A model generated the notes under the pieces. That model saw only the letters and a list, made by a program, of their open reading frames with translations. It was not told where the DNA came from and did no database searches. From NCBI GenBank assembly GCA_964400015.1, contig CAYNRR010000008.1, positions 644 through 64,643 of the forward strand: a DNA stretch of 64,000 bases. The letters are read 5' to 3'. Origin of the DNA: an uncultured Eubacteriales bacterium. Its GTDB lineage: Bacteria; Bacillota; Clostridia; TANB77; UBA1234. A program made the position numbers and the translations under genes. Positions 11,439 to 20,642 of this stretch are shown here, one piece after another. Position 1 is the stretch's first letter. Each line of letters opens with the position of its first letter.

Positions 11439-11879
11439 TTACTCTTTAAATTTTATATCTTCTACTCTTTCATATTTTCCAGTTAAATAATCTACAACAT
11501 ATGGTGCAGATAAACCTTTATATGCTGCTAAAGAATCATCTCCAACTTTATACCTAATATCGCCCAATTCTTCGTCTTCTTCTCCTCCTGGCACAAGATA
11601 ATAGCCTGTTCCATATTCTTTATCACCAGAACCAATAACAACCTTATCACCATCAACTAAAGCAATTCCAACCATTACATTTTTATCAACCATTGCTTGT
11701 GTTAGCAAAGAACGAATTATTTCATTGTCTGCATATATAGTAGCTTCTTTTTTAGCTTCTCCCGAATCATCTATCATTCTCAAAGAATATCTTGTTGCAA
11801 CTCCTGCTAATATAACCATTACTATAACCGTAATCGCAACTGTCATAAGCGAAAGGCCTGAATTTTTCTTGATTTTCAT
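11439..11879 (-). CDS. Small pilin-like (prepilin-type N-terminus) protein, 146 aa. First gene of a three-gene minus-strand unit with ttcA and the NAGPA protein.
   Basis: N-terminus MKIKKNSGLSLMTVAITVIVMVILAGVA: short basic n-region, then G, then about 22 hydrophobic residues with no AxA site. Same K-x-G-[ILV]-S-[LM] motif as the giant proteins. GAGGTG SD. Confidence 0.5.
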   Translation of the reverse strand: MKIKKNSGLSLMTVAITVIVMVILAGVATRYSLRMIDDSGEAKKEATIYADNEIIRSLLTQAMVDKNVMVGIALVDGDKVVIGSGDKEYGTGYYLVPGGEEDEELGDIRYKVGDDSLAAYKGLSAPYVVDYLTGKYERVEDIKFKE

Positions 11880-12066
11880 ATATTTTTACACCTCGTTATA
11901 TTTTATTTTCTAAGTATCCAAAGATATTATATTTCATACAAAAACTTTTGAAAAGAATAATATTGCCTATTTTTCAATATTTTACAATTGACTTATAAAT
12001 TTTTTATATTTTTTACAAATTTATGTTGCAAAAGAATCAAAATGATGTTATACTTACAACTTGTAA

Positions 12067-12142
12067 CGGGGTGTGGCTCAGTTGGTAGAGTACGTGGTTT
12101 GGGACCATGGGGCCGGAGGTTCGAGTCCTCTCACCCCGACCA
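12067..12142 (+). tRNA. tRNA-Pro (anticodon TGG).
   Basis: Manual cloverleaf: 7-bp acceptor CGGGGTG/CACCCCG, D-arm, anticodon loop TTTGGGA (UGG), T-arm GGTTCGAGTCC, CCA end. Confidence 0.9.
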
Positions 12143-12146
12143 GTTA

Positions 12147-12188
12147 AAGACTTGAAAGAGTAATCTTTCAAGTCTTTTTGTTTTTTAT
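12147..12188 (+). terminator. Intrinsic terminator after tRNA-Pro.
   Basis: AAAGACTTGAAAG/CTTTCAAGTCTTT perfect hairpin followed by a T-run. Confidence 0.8.
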
Positions 12189-12376
12189 TTTAAATCAGCA
12201 TTTTGAAGGTTAATTTGTTTTCAAAAATTCCCTTTCAGTCATTTCATTACTTAAAATTTCCTATTTTTTATTCATTTAACGAATATTTTAAGCATATTTT
12301 ACATATTATAATAAGCAGTAATACGTACTTGATTTTCTCCACAAATTATCGTATAACGATAAAAATAGGTGATAAT

Positions 12377-12765
12377 ATGATATTGACTAATGATATTATA
12401 AAGTTAAATTTACAAGGTTATTCGAATAAAGATACTAAAATATGTAGAGAAGTAAAAAATGAAAATTTAATAAACGGTTTATATGAAACTGATTCAACTA
12501 TAAACGGATATCTTCTAGCAGGAAGTATTTATGGACCGTCTTATTTATCATTTGATTTTGAATTGTCATATTATGGTATAATTCCTGAAAAAGTAACAGC
12601 TTTTACAAATGCTACTTATGATAAAAAGAAGAAAAAAATGTATAAAACCAATTCGGAGTATTTTTATATAGAGATATACCATCAAATGTTTATCCTTTAG
12701 GAATAAACATTATCGAAGAAAATGATGCTAAAGAAGATGTTATTGTTTTTTATAGAAATAACTAA
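12377..12765 (+). pseudogene. AbiEi-like (type IV TA antitoxin N-domain-like) remnant, frameshifted in an A-run and truncated. No AbiEii partner nearby.
   Basis: GPSYLSFDFELSYYGIIPEKVTAF resembles the AbiEi SLESALEYHGLIP motif. The ORF ends at 12700, but the +1 frame continues as ...PSNVYPLGINIIEENDAKEDVIVFYRNN to 12765. The table's 12203 start is an upstream extension. Confidence 0.3.
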
Positions 12766-12896
12766 AAATCTTAATGTAAAATAATATTTCTTTAAATTTT
12801 ATGTAAATCATGTTATAATACTGTTAACAAGTCATTTGTTTTTATCCCTAGGCTAGGCAACAGTGATTTGGCATCATTATATTGGAGGGATTTACT

Positions 12897-13145
12897 ATGT
12901 TCGGTAAGTCGAAAAAGTTCAAGGGTTCTACTAAGATTACGTGTGCTCACGCCCTTGTGGAATCGCTCATCCAGCTCAATCCCACGGTTGCGTTTGAGTA
13001 CGATGATACCTATGATTGGATCAAGGTATCTTGCTCTCCTTCCGACCTCCGGCTTCCGGAACCGTTCTATTACAATGAAAAGAACGGCATCACCAACAAG
13101 CATCAGACTGCTAACGGTATTTATTTTTCCGTGATCGTTATCTGA
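12897..13145 (+). CDS. GC-rich (about 46% GC) small ORF A, 82 aa, unknown function. Compositionally foreign mini-cistron.
   Basis: Extended -10 TGTTATAAT at 12811, GGAGGG SD 7 nt before ATG 12897, terminator right after the stop. GC3-rich codons (ttc, aag, atc, tac) unlike the host. Open in three frames because of the high GC. Confidence 0.45.
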   Translation: MFGKSKKFKGSTKITCAHALVESLIQLNPTVAFEYDDTYDWIKVSCSPSDLRLPEPFYYNEKNGITNKHQTANGIYFSVIVI

Positions 13146-13159
13146 TTCTTGTATTCAAC

Positions 13160-13198
13160 GTGCTATTCGCTTGCGAATGGCACGTTTTCTTGTTTATT
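13160..13198 (+). terminator. Intrinsic terminator after GC-rich ORF A.
   Basis: GTGCTATTCGC/GCGAATGGCAC stem (one G-U pair) then GTTTTCTTGTTTATTT. Confidence 0.6.
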
Positions 13199-13378
13199 TA
13201 TACATACTCGGCTTACATTCTTATATCATATATTTTCTCCGTTTTATCATCTAATTATTTTTCAGTACACAATATATTTAAAATATATTTGTTATTATTT
13301 ACAAAAAATTTTTTAAATGGTATATTTCAAATATACACCACTTTTACGAGTGTACTTTTTAAGGAGATGATATTATAT

Positions 13379-14426
13379 ATGATAAAACCTAAAAGACTCA
13401 AAGAAGGAGATACTATAGCTCTTGTTAGCTTATCTAGTGGACTAATTGGTGAAAGTGCATTCATCCACAAATATACTTTAGCTCAAAAAAGATTAAAAGA
13501 AATTTTTGGACTTAATTTGATTGCTATGCCAAATTCTCTAAAAGGAATAGAATATCTTTACGATCACCCTGAAAAACGTGCTGAAGATTTTATGAATGCT
13601 TTTAAAGATGAAAATATACAAGGAATTATTTGCGCAATAGGTGGCGAAGATACAATTCGATTACTTCCTTATATCGATTTTGAAGTAATAAAAAATAATC
13701 CTAAAATTTTTTTAGGATATTCGGATACTACAATAAATCATTTTATGATGTATAAAGCCGGCGTCACCTCTTTTTACGGTCCAAACATTATGTGTGATTT
13801 TGCTGAATATGGAAATATGTACGAATATACCGAAAATGCAATAAAAGAATTACTTTTCCTTGCTAATTCTAAGTACGAAATGAAAAAAAGTTCATATTGG
13901 GTTAATGATTTTATAGAATGGGATGCAAAAAATATTGATAAAGTTAAAGAAAGAATTACTGATACAACAGGTTACGAAATCTTACAAGGTAGTGGTAAAA
14001 TAATCCGGAAAATTATTAGGAGGGTGCATTGATGTTTTTCCAATGTTAATTGGTACAAGCATCTGGCCATCTCTTGATGAATGGAAAAATAAAGTTTTAT
14101 TTTTAGAAACAAGTGAAGAAGCTCTCAAACCTCAAATGTTAAAATATTACCTTAGAGGACTGGCTGCCCAAGGTATTTTAAATTCTATAAAAGGAATTAT
14201 TTTTGGAAAACCACAAGGAAATATTTATTATGAGGAATATAAAGCTATAATTAAAGAAGTACTTAAAGAATATAATTTAGAAAATTTACCTGTTATGTAC
14301 AATTTGAATTTTGGTCATAATCTTCCAATACGGAATAATTCCTTACGGAATAGACTGTGAATTAGATTTAGATAACAAAAAATTATACTTTTTAGAAAAT
14401 GTAGTTGAATAACTAAAGTTAGTTTT
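13379..14426 (+). pseudogene. S66 LD-carboxypeptidase (MccF/LdcA-like) with two frameshifts. Paralog of 19161..20168.
   Basis: MIKPKRLKEGDTIALVSL...IFLGYSDTT (catalytic Ser motif). Frame break about 14000-14010 (QGSGKII... versus SGKLLGGCIDVFPMLIGT in the +1 frame). Second break about 14330 inside a TACGGAATA direct duplication (NLPIRNNS versus IIPYGIDCELDLDNKKLYFLENVVE). Confidence 0.75.
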
Positions 14427-14449
14427 GAATTAAAAAAATTTTACAACAA

Positions 14450-14490
14450 AAAGCCATCCCTATAAAATTAGATAGGGATGGCTTTTATTA
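14450..14490. terminator. Bidirectional terminator between the LD-carboxypeptidase pseudogene (+) and the HisRS-like gene (-).
   Basis: AAAGCCATCCCTA...TAGGGATGGCTTT 13-bp stem with T-run. Confidence 0.7.
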
Positions 14491-15732
14491 AAGTATTGCT
14501 AAAACTTTCTTAATTGTCAGTTCATCATCAATTTTATTTGATCGAATATTGATACCTTTTGAATTAAAAAACATGGCTACGCTTTCTTTGTAAAATTCAG
14601 AAGAAAAGAATGCTTTAATATTAAACTTTTTGCACGGCAAAATACAAAATTGATAATCTTCATTTAAAGTCGAAGCATTCAATTTGCACATTAAATTGTT
14701 GATAGTACATAATTTTTCAAAATCGTATACTCCATCAAGAATCAAGTAAACTTTCTTTTTCTTTTGCTTATCTTCCTGCATAAGTTGAGCCATAACTTGA
14801 ACACCTATGCCCATACATACACCGGGTACATTCAAAGAATTATTAAAACAATTGGTAAGAAAATCAATTCTTCCACCGTCAATAAGTAAATATTCACAAC
14901 TATCTTTAGATGCATATATACGATAATTCATACCAGAATAATGATTTGTACCACCAAGATTGCTAAGCGAAAAGCGAATTGGAATGCTGATTTTAAAAAT
15001 ATTTTGTAGTATTTCATACAATTCAATCGACTTTTTAATTTCTTCTACAACTCTGAAATCAGAAATCTTTTTTGAAATTTCCTCAAGTTCATCAAATGAA
15101 ATATTATTTTTCAAGTAAAGTTCTCTTAAAATAAGATAATCACTATGTTTTTCAAGTAATGTTTCTATGACAGTGATATCATTAAATCTAACCTTGCTAG
15201 CAATATCTTCTCCTAAAACATTAAGAAGATTTTGATTTGAAATTTGTAGATATTCATTATCAAAGCATTGAAGTTTTGATAACATTTCAATACATATGGA
15301 TATAAGTTCTGCATCAGCATAAAGTGACGTGGTCCCCCAAATTCCTAATAAAATTTGTTTAAAATTTTTTCTGTATCCTGGCAAATTGGGAATTCTGTCT
15401 CTATATAAATCATCCATTTGAATGAATTTATGTGTTATAGAAGCTGAATTAGGTAAATCTGCTATAAATCTACTCATCGACATCGCAAGATCTGATTTTA
15501 ATAAAAAGATTGATTTTTGTTTAGATCGTACAACTTCAAAAATTTTGCTAAAATGGACTTTTGTTGCTTTAAGATACCTTTCTTTTTCTTCAAAAGGAGC
15601 AGTTTGAAGTTTTAAAAAACCATTAGCATCTGCAATGTTGGAAATAATATCGTATATATATTCAATACATGCGATTTCTTCCCCATAAACATCATACACC
15701 TGTGAAATTTTACTCTCCGAACTCATAAACAC
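14488..15732 (-). CDS. Divergent class II aaRS paralog, HisRS/HisZ-like (414 aa).
   Basis: Motif-2-like LYRDRIPNLPGYRKNFKQILLGIWG (compare FRYERPQKGRYRQF.Q.G). HisRS motif-3-like LIDGGRIDFL (compare GGRYD.L). VCMGIGVQV (compare GFAIGLER). A C-terminal alpha/beta segment. Strongly diverged from a canonical HisS. Confidence 0.55.
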   Translation of the reverse strand: MFMSSESKISQVYDVYGEEIACIEYIYDIISNIADANGFLKLQTAPFEEKERYLKATKVHFSKIFEVVRSKQKSIFLLKSDLAMSMSRFIADLPNSASITHKFIQMDDLYRDRIPNLPGYRKNFKQILLGIWGTTSLYADAELISICIEMLSKLQCFDNEYLQISNQNLLNVLGEDIASKVRFNDITVIETLLEKHSDYLILRELYLKNNISFDELEEISKKISDFRVVEEIKKSIELYEILQNIFKISIPIRFSLSNLGGTNHYSGMNYRIYASKDSCEYLLIDGGRIDFLTNCFNNSLNVPGVCMGIGVQVMAQLMQEDKQKKKKVYLILDGVYDFEKLCTINNLMCKLNASTLNEDYQFCILPCKKFNIKAFFSSEFYKESVAMFFNSKGINIRSNKIDDELTIKKVLAIL

Positions 15733-15760
15733 TCACCGCCTTTTAAGGTAGTATTATGAA

Positions 15761-16639
15761 TTAAACCTTTCCTACAATAAAAATCTGGTTACCTCTTGCT
15801 GCAATATCATCTGCATAAAAAAGTTTTTTCTCAATTTCAAAAACTTTATCAAAAATATCCTTCTTTTCAAGAATATCTTCCAATACCTCAGTAGAACCAT
15901 GAAGTTGAGTTTCAGCATAACCAGGATAAATAACGTTAGGAAAACCAGAAACTCTTTCTACTGTGATTTCAGCTACATCATACATATTACGAATTTTAGT
16001 AGGAGTATACATATGCATAAAAGGCATATTATCAGTGAATTTCGACATTTCATCGTGCATAGCTGTTTCAACATATTTAAAATTGTTTACCGAAATATTG
16101 AAAAATAAATTATGATAAAGATTTGGAACCAGCGAAACAACATAGCCACCAGGCTTAGTTACTCGGGATAACTCATTTAGTGCAACTTGTGGATATTGAA
16201 CAAACCCCAAAACATTGTGAAAATTAAAGCTTACATCAACTATATTAGATGCATATTCCAAATGTTCAATGTTACCTTCAGAAATGCAAAGCCTACTTGA
16301 ATATTCCGGCAATACAAATTTCTTCTTTGCTTCAGCAAGCATATCGACAGATAAATCAACAAGATATCCTCTTGAATTCGGATATTCTTCAAGAATTTTC
16401 TTAGTCCACCGTCCTGTTCCTCCACCTGCATCAAGGAAAACAAAATTAGGTGGAAGTTTATTTAAGACTTCATTCTTAAAAAAGTACCAAAGTAACTTAT
16501 CTGATAAAACCCAGTAAATCTGATTTTCGACATCATCATATGCCGAAGCTTTCTGAGCAAAATAGCTCTGCACACCTGTAATAGTTGTTGCCATGAAATT
16601 TCCTCCTTTATTAAATGGTTGGGAATACTTATAAGCCAT
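15761..16639 (-). CDS. Class I SAM-dependent methyltransferase.
   Basis: Motif I LDAGGGTGRWT, post-I acidic YLVDLS, motif II/III region. The start may be the internal Met (MATTITG...). In an operon with the HisRS-like gene. Confidence 0.7.
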   Translation of the reverse strand: MAYKYSQPFNKGGNFMATTITGVQSYFAQKASAYDDVENQIYWVLSDKLLWYFFKNEVLNKLPPNFVFLDAGGGTGRWTKKILEEYPNSRGYLVDLSVDMLAEAKKKFVLPEYSSRLCISEGNIEHLEYASNIVDVSFNFHNVLGFVQYPQVALNELSRVTKPGGYVVSLVPNLYHNLFFNISVNNFKYVETAMHDEMSKFTDNMPFMHMYTPTKIRNMYDVAEITVERVSGFPNVIYPGYAETQLHGSTEVLEDILEKKDIFDKVFEIEKKLFYADDIAARGNQIFIVGKV

Positions 16640-16675
16640 TCAGACACCAGAATTCTAGCACACATTATTTTTACT

Positions 16676-16718
16676 GTCAACGTTTTTTGTTGACTTATTT
16701 CGAAAATGATGGTAGAAT
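16676..16718 (+). promoter_or_regulatory. SigA-type promoter (TTGACT-17-TAGAAT) for the aaRS-paralog operon. A GTCAAC-N7-GTTGAC palindrome overlaps the -35.
   Basis: TTGACT 16690-16695, TAGAAT 16713-16718, spacing 17. Inverted repeat 16676-16681/16689-16694. AAAGGAGGT SD at 16742. Confidence 0.55.
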
Positions 16719-16757
16719 TCTAACGAAAATTCAAACTATTTAAAGGAGGTTCGTACT

Positions 16758-17792
16758 ATGAAAAACAACCCTAATGTCCCTGATTTTCGCGAATATCCCG
16801 AAAGTTATTATCTCAACATCATATCATCCAAATGGTATATTACCCTCACAAAGTTACACGATGTTATTTCTAGAGCAACAATGGCTTTTTGGTCTAGTAG
16901 AAATGTGAAAACGCTTTACCTTCCTATCACCACTTCATCTATTTCAAGTCCTATGGGATTAGGAAGTGATTCTTCTCCTGTTAGTGTTAATCTCTTCGGT
17001 ATTCAAACATATCTTGCAGATTCTATGCAATTCATGCTTGAATACGGTTGCAGATTTTTAAATGATGGCTGCTATTATATTATGCCTTCATTTCGTGGAG
17101 AAAATGCTGATGAACGCCATTTATGCCAATTTTATCATAGTGAAGCTGAACTTCCTTGTGATTTAAATGGTATCATTTCTGTTGTTGAAGACTATCTGCT
17201 TCATATAACTCATGCGATTTATGTAGAAATGAAAAAAGATCTTGAAGAAATCGTACCGTCTCTATCACACATCGAAGAATTTCTTTCTCAAGGTAAAAAA
17301 ATTTTCAAGCGCATTACTTTTGAAGAAGCAATCGAACTATTAAAGTCTTATCATAAAGACATCGAAAAATATGTGCAATTCAACGAAGGATATCGGGTAA
17401 TCAACTCCGCTGGCGAACTTGAAATTTTAAAGATTCTCGGAGATTTTGTTTGGATTACTAATTATGATATTCTCAGCGTGCCTTTTTATCAAATGACTGA
17501 TCCTTGCGCAACTACTACAACCAAAAATGCTGATCTTCTTTTTGGCATAGGTGAAGTAGTTGGCTCTGGTGAACGTCATGAAACTTCCGATCAGGTAATT
17601 GAAAGTCTTAATAAAAGAAATGTTGATTCTAAACCCTACGAATGGTACATTACTATGAAGAATCAATTTCCTCTTAAGACTTCTGGTTTTGGTATGGGAA
17701 TCGAACGCTATCTTATGTGGCTCTTGCAACATAATGATATTCGTGATATGCAAATTTGTCTACGTTATAATGGTCTCACTATGATTCCATAA
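16758..17792 (+). CDS. Class II aaRS catalytic-core-only protein (AsnRS/AspRS-like, AsnA-type). No anticodon-binding domain.
   Basis: Motif 2 SFRGENADERHLCQFYHSEAE (fRxE..RHl.EF...E). Motif 3 GFGMGIERYLMWLL. 344 aa with no N-terminal OB fold. Only about 100 nt of leader, too short for a T-box. Confidence 0.6.
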   Translation: MKNNPNVPDFREYPESYYLNIISSKWYITLTKLHDVISRATMAFWSSRNVKTLYLPITTSSISSPMGLGSDSSPVSVNLFGIQTYLADSMQFMLEYGCRFLNDGCYYIMPSFRGENADERHLCQFYHSEAELPCDLNGIISVVEDYLLHITHAIYVEMKKDLEEIVPSLSHIEEFLSQGKKIFKRITFEEAIELLKSYHKDIEKYVQFNEGYRVINSAGELEILKILGDFVWITNYDILSVPFYQMTDPCATTTTKNADLLFGIGEVVGSGERHETSDQVIESLNKRNVDSKPYEWYITMKNQFPLKTSGFGMGIERYLMWLLQHNDIRDMQICLRYNGLTMIP

Positions 17793-17812
17793 AAGATAAG
17801 GAGATAAGTATT

Positions 17813-19075
17813 ATGTTAATGTCTAAAAGTGCCTATATTTCTCGAAGAATTGAAAAACTCGACGAAATGTTCCCAGCTCAAGATATTCTTGAGCAAACAG
17901 GGCAAATTGTTAAATTCGAAAGTGGTCTTTGGGGATTCAGTACAATTCCTTCAAAGGTCATGAGAAATGTATCAAATATCATTCGTGAAGAACTTGATTC
18001 TATTGGATGTATTGAAGTTTCTCTACCGATTCTTCAACCGTCTAATATTTGGAAGGCTTCTGGACGCTGGGAAAAATACGTAAAGTCTGATGCGATGTTC
18101 ACTATTTCTAATAAAATCGGTGAATATTGTCTCGCACCTACAGGTGAAGAAGCAATGACTACTTTCATCAATCAATATTCCAAATCTTATCGCACACTTC
18201 CATTCACATATTATCAAATTGGTCAAAAGTATCGTAACGAACTTCGTACTCGTGGCTACATGATTCGTTGTAAAAGTTTTGAAATGATGGACGCATATAC
18301 TTTTGCTAAATCTAACGAGGAAGTTGTTGAAAGTTATAACAAAATTCGTGAAGCTTATTTTCGCATTTTTGCAAGATTAGGATTTGAAGTTATTCCAATT
18401 GCTGCAAACAATGCTGAATTCGGTGGCAAAAAATCTGAAGAATTCATGATTCTTTCAAAATATGGCGATGATAAAATACTGGTTAATCTCGAAAAGAAAA
18501 TTGGTTTTAATACCGAAATTCTCGAACGTGCTGATGCTTCTGAATATCTTTCACAAGAGTTTGGAATTGATGATATCAATTCTTTAAAGCAAGTTCGTGG
18601 TGTTGAAATTGGGCATATTTTTCAACTCGGCACATCGTATTCTAAAAACATGAATATCATGTACACCGATTCTGCCGGTCAAAAACAGCCCTATCATATG
18701 GGATGCTTTGGCATTGGAATTAGCAGAATTGTTGCCATGATTTATGAGATGAACACGCTTGTTTATAATAATAAAACTGTTGGTTTTTCTCTACCGGAAG
18801 AAATCGCTCCTTATAAATACTACATTGTAGCTTTTAATAAAGATTCTGAAAAATTCACACAAGCCTTTAAGTTGTATGAATGTTTGCGTAAAAAAGGCAT
18901 CTCTGCTATTCTAGACGATAGAGATGAACGAATTGGTGTAAAAATGAATGATTGCAAAGCTATGGGAATCCCTAACGCAATCATCATAGGAACAAAAACT
19001 CCTTCAGGGGTTGCTGAACTCGAAAATATTCGAACTGGTGAAAAAAAACTCGTGGCATTTGACGAATTTATTTAA
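17813..19075 (+). CDS. ProRS-like class II aaRS (420 aa, no editing INS domain), probably a paralog.
   Basis: LAPTGEE. Motif 2 YQIGQKYRNELRTRGYMIRCKSFEMMDAYTF. Motif 3 GCFGIGISRIV. C-terminal anticodon-binding domain. 20 nt downstream of the aaRS-core gene with an AAGGAGA SD. Confidence 0.75.
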   Translation: MLMSKSAYISRRIEKLDEMFPAQDILEQTGQIVKFESGLWGFSTIPSKVMRNVSNIIREELDSIGCIEVSLPILQPSNIWKASGRWEKYVKSDAMFTISNKIGEYCLAPTGEEAMTTFINQYSKSYRTLPFTYYQIGQKYRNELRTRGYMIRCKSFEMMDAYTFAKSNEEVVESYNKIREAYFRIFARLGFEVIPIAANNAEFGGKKSEEFMILSKYGDDKILVNLEKKIGFNTEILERADASEYLSQEFGIDDINSLKQVRGVEIGHIFQLGTSYSKNMNIMYTDSAGQKQPYHMGCFGIGISRIVAMIYEMNTLVYNNKTVGFSLPEEIAPYKYYIVAFNKDSEKFTQAFKLYECLRKKGISAILDDRDERIGVKMNDCKAMGIPNAIIIGTKTPSGVAELENIRTGEKKLVAFDEFI

Positions 19076-19093
19076 CAAAATATAATATTTTAT

Positions 19094-19133
19094 GGAGCAA
19101 CTGTCATTATAACAGTTGCTCCTTTTTTATTTT
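19094..19133 (+). terminator. Intrinsic terminator after the ProRS-like gene.
   Basis: GGAGCAACTG...CAGTTGCTCC 10-bp stem then TTTTTTATTTT. Confidence 0.7.
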
Positions 19134-19160
19134 GAAAATTAACTGTAAGGAGATATTTTT

Positions 19161-20168
19161 ATGGTTATTCCACCTAAACTCAAACCTGGGGATGAAATTA
19201 GAATATTAGCTCCAGCTCAAACTCTACGCATTGTAAGTGATTCTGTAATCGAAATTGCAATGAAACGTCTTAACGATCTTGGATTCAAAGTATCTTTTGG
19301 AAATTTTGTTTGGGAAACCGATAATCTTTTGAACAACGCACCTTATACGCATCGGATTAAAGATATTAACGATGCCTTTAATGACCAAAATGTAAAATGT
19401 ATTTTAAGTGCTATAGGTGGATACTCATCTATAGACGTTATAGATGGAATTGACTACTCTGTAATAGAGAAAAATCCAAAAATCTTCTGTGGATTTTCTG
19501 ATATTACAATAATTGAAAATGCCATTACATCTCAAACTGGATTATTAACTTACTATGGACCACATTTTTCAAGTTTCGGTATGCTTGAAGGATTTGAATA
19601 TACAGAGTTAAACTTTATGAAAATGCTTTCTACAACTTCCCTTACTCATAAAATTTATCCTGCACAATATTGGAGTGATGATTCTTGGTTCATCAATCAA
19701 AAAGATAGAAAATATATTGCTAATAAAGGATTTTTTACAATCAATGAGGGAGAAGTTTGTGGCGAAATTATTGGTGGTAACATAACGTCTCTGTGTACAC
19801 TAATGGCAACAAAATATGCACCTGATCTTTCTAACAAAATTCTTTTTATCGAAGATGTATGTGAAGACTCATCTACTTTTTATAGAACATTTGATATGAA
19901 ATTAGAGACCTTACTTTTAAATCCAACATTTATAAAAGTTAAAGGACTAGTAATTGGCAGGCTTCCTGGTATATTACCAGAACCTATAAAAAATATCGTT
20001 AAAATTGTGAAGAATAAGAAAGAACTAAATAATATTCCTGTTTTATATGGGGTTGATTTTGGTCATACGACACCAATACTTACAATCCCGATTGGCGGTT
20101 ACTGCCATATAAAATGTGATAAACAAAATCCTTCAATTGAGATTTCTGAATTTCCGATTTACTTATAA
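19161..20168 (+). CDS. S66 LD-carboxypeptidase (MccF/LdcA-like), intact.
   Basis: IFCGFSDITII (Ser nucleophile motif), ...VDFGHTTPILTIPIGG (His region). 335 aa. Paralogous to the 13379 pseudogene. Confidence 0.8.
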   Translation: MVIPPKLKPGDEIRILAPAQTLRIVSDSVIEIAMKRLNDLGFKVSFGNFVWETDNLLNNAPYTHRIKDINDAFNDQNVKCILSAIGGYSSIDVIDGIDYSVIEKNPKIFCGFSDITIIENAITSQTGLLTYYGPHFSSFGMLEGFEYTELNFMKMLSTTSLTHKIYPAQYWSDDSWFINQKDRKYIANKGFFTINEGEVCGEIIGGNITSLCTLMATKYAPDLSNKILFIEDVCEDSSTFYRTFDMKLETLLLNPTFIKVKGLVIGRLPGILPEPIKNIVKIVKNKKELNNIPVLYGVDFGHTTPILTIPIGGYCHIKCDKQNPSIEISEFPIYL

Positions 20169-20215
20169 CTATATCATTCATATGATTCTCTGTATCCTTC
20201 ATACTTTTCTCACAC

Positions 20216-20244
20216 TTGACATAATTTTAATAAAATGCTACAAT
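20216..20244 (+). promoter_or_regulatory. Consensus SigA promoter TTGACA-17-TACAAT driving GC-rich ORF B.
   Basis: TTGACA 20216-20221, TACAAT 20239-20244. Confidence 0.55.
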
Positions 20245-20287
20245 AATCTTGGCATCAAAATTTATTATGTATGGAGGTACACCAGAG

Positions 20288-20635
20288 ATGTCTTATATTG
20301 ACATAAGTGCAGAAAAGGACGGAGACGCTTACCTGAAAATGCTTGAGGGTGTCGACAACGATACTTTAACTCTTAAAAGTCATTTTCCTGATGTCCAAGC
20401 CGATTCCCACGCATTAGCAGAGCTGACAATCTCTTCTCCCAATGGTTCGCCCATTACGTGTATTGTTTCGAGCAGGGAAAGTTGCATTATATACAATCCC
20501 GGCAAAATGCAAATCAGCACTGCTTCTCCCATTGGCAAGTTTGTTTCCGACAACAGGCACAACCTCAAACCGGGTATGACTTTACCCAACGGCTCTACAA
20601 TTTTGAACGTCGCGTACGTTAATATTGAAGAGTAA
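20288..20635 (+). CDS. GC-rich (about 45% GC) small ORF B, about 115 aa, unknown function. Its own promoter, SD and terminator.
   Basis: GGAGGT SD 9 nt before ATG 20288 (alternative start 20249). Composition is very different from its neighbours. Followed at once by a strong terminator. Confidence 0.45.
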   Translation: MSYIDISAEKDGDAYLKMLEGVDNDTLTLKSHFPDVQADSHALAELTISSPNGSPITCIVSSRESCIIYNPGKMQISTASPIGKFVSDNRHNLKPGMTLPNGSTILNVAYVNIEE

Positions 20636-20642
20636 AACAATT

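Noticed and set aside
12203-12376. Upstream part of the 165-aa ORF (MKVNLFSK...).
   Set aside because: It has low-complexity AT-rich translation. An SD (AGGTGA) and the ATG at 12377 mark the real start of the AbiEi-like fragment.
12813-13145. Group II intron domain V, tmRNA or RNase P RNA look-alike in the GC-rich segment (hairpin CCGTTCT...AGAACGG).
   Set aside because: No match to the D5 consensus (GAGCCGTATG...CGTACGGTTC), no tRNA-like 3' end, no RNase P conserved regions. A coding reading with SD, promoter and terminator fits better, though ncRNA is not excluded.
16640-16757. T-box leader upstream of the aaRS-like genes.
   Set aside because: The leader is only about 100 nt and lacks the T-box consensus and a specifier/antiterminator architecture.
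20116-20301. 61-aa ORF overlapping the end of the LD-carboxypeptidase gene and the ORF B promoter.
   Set aside because: It overlaps a consensus promoter and has Ile/Leu/Tyr-rich nonsense composition.
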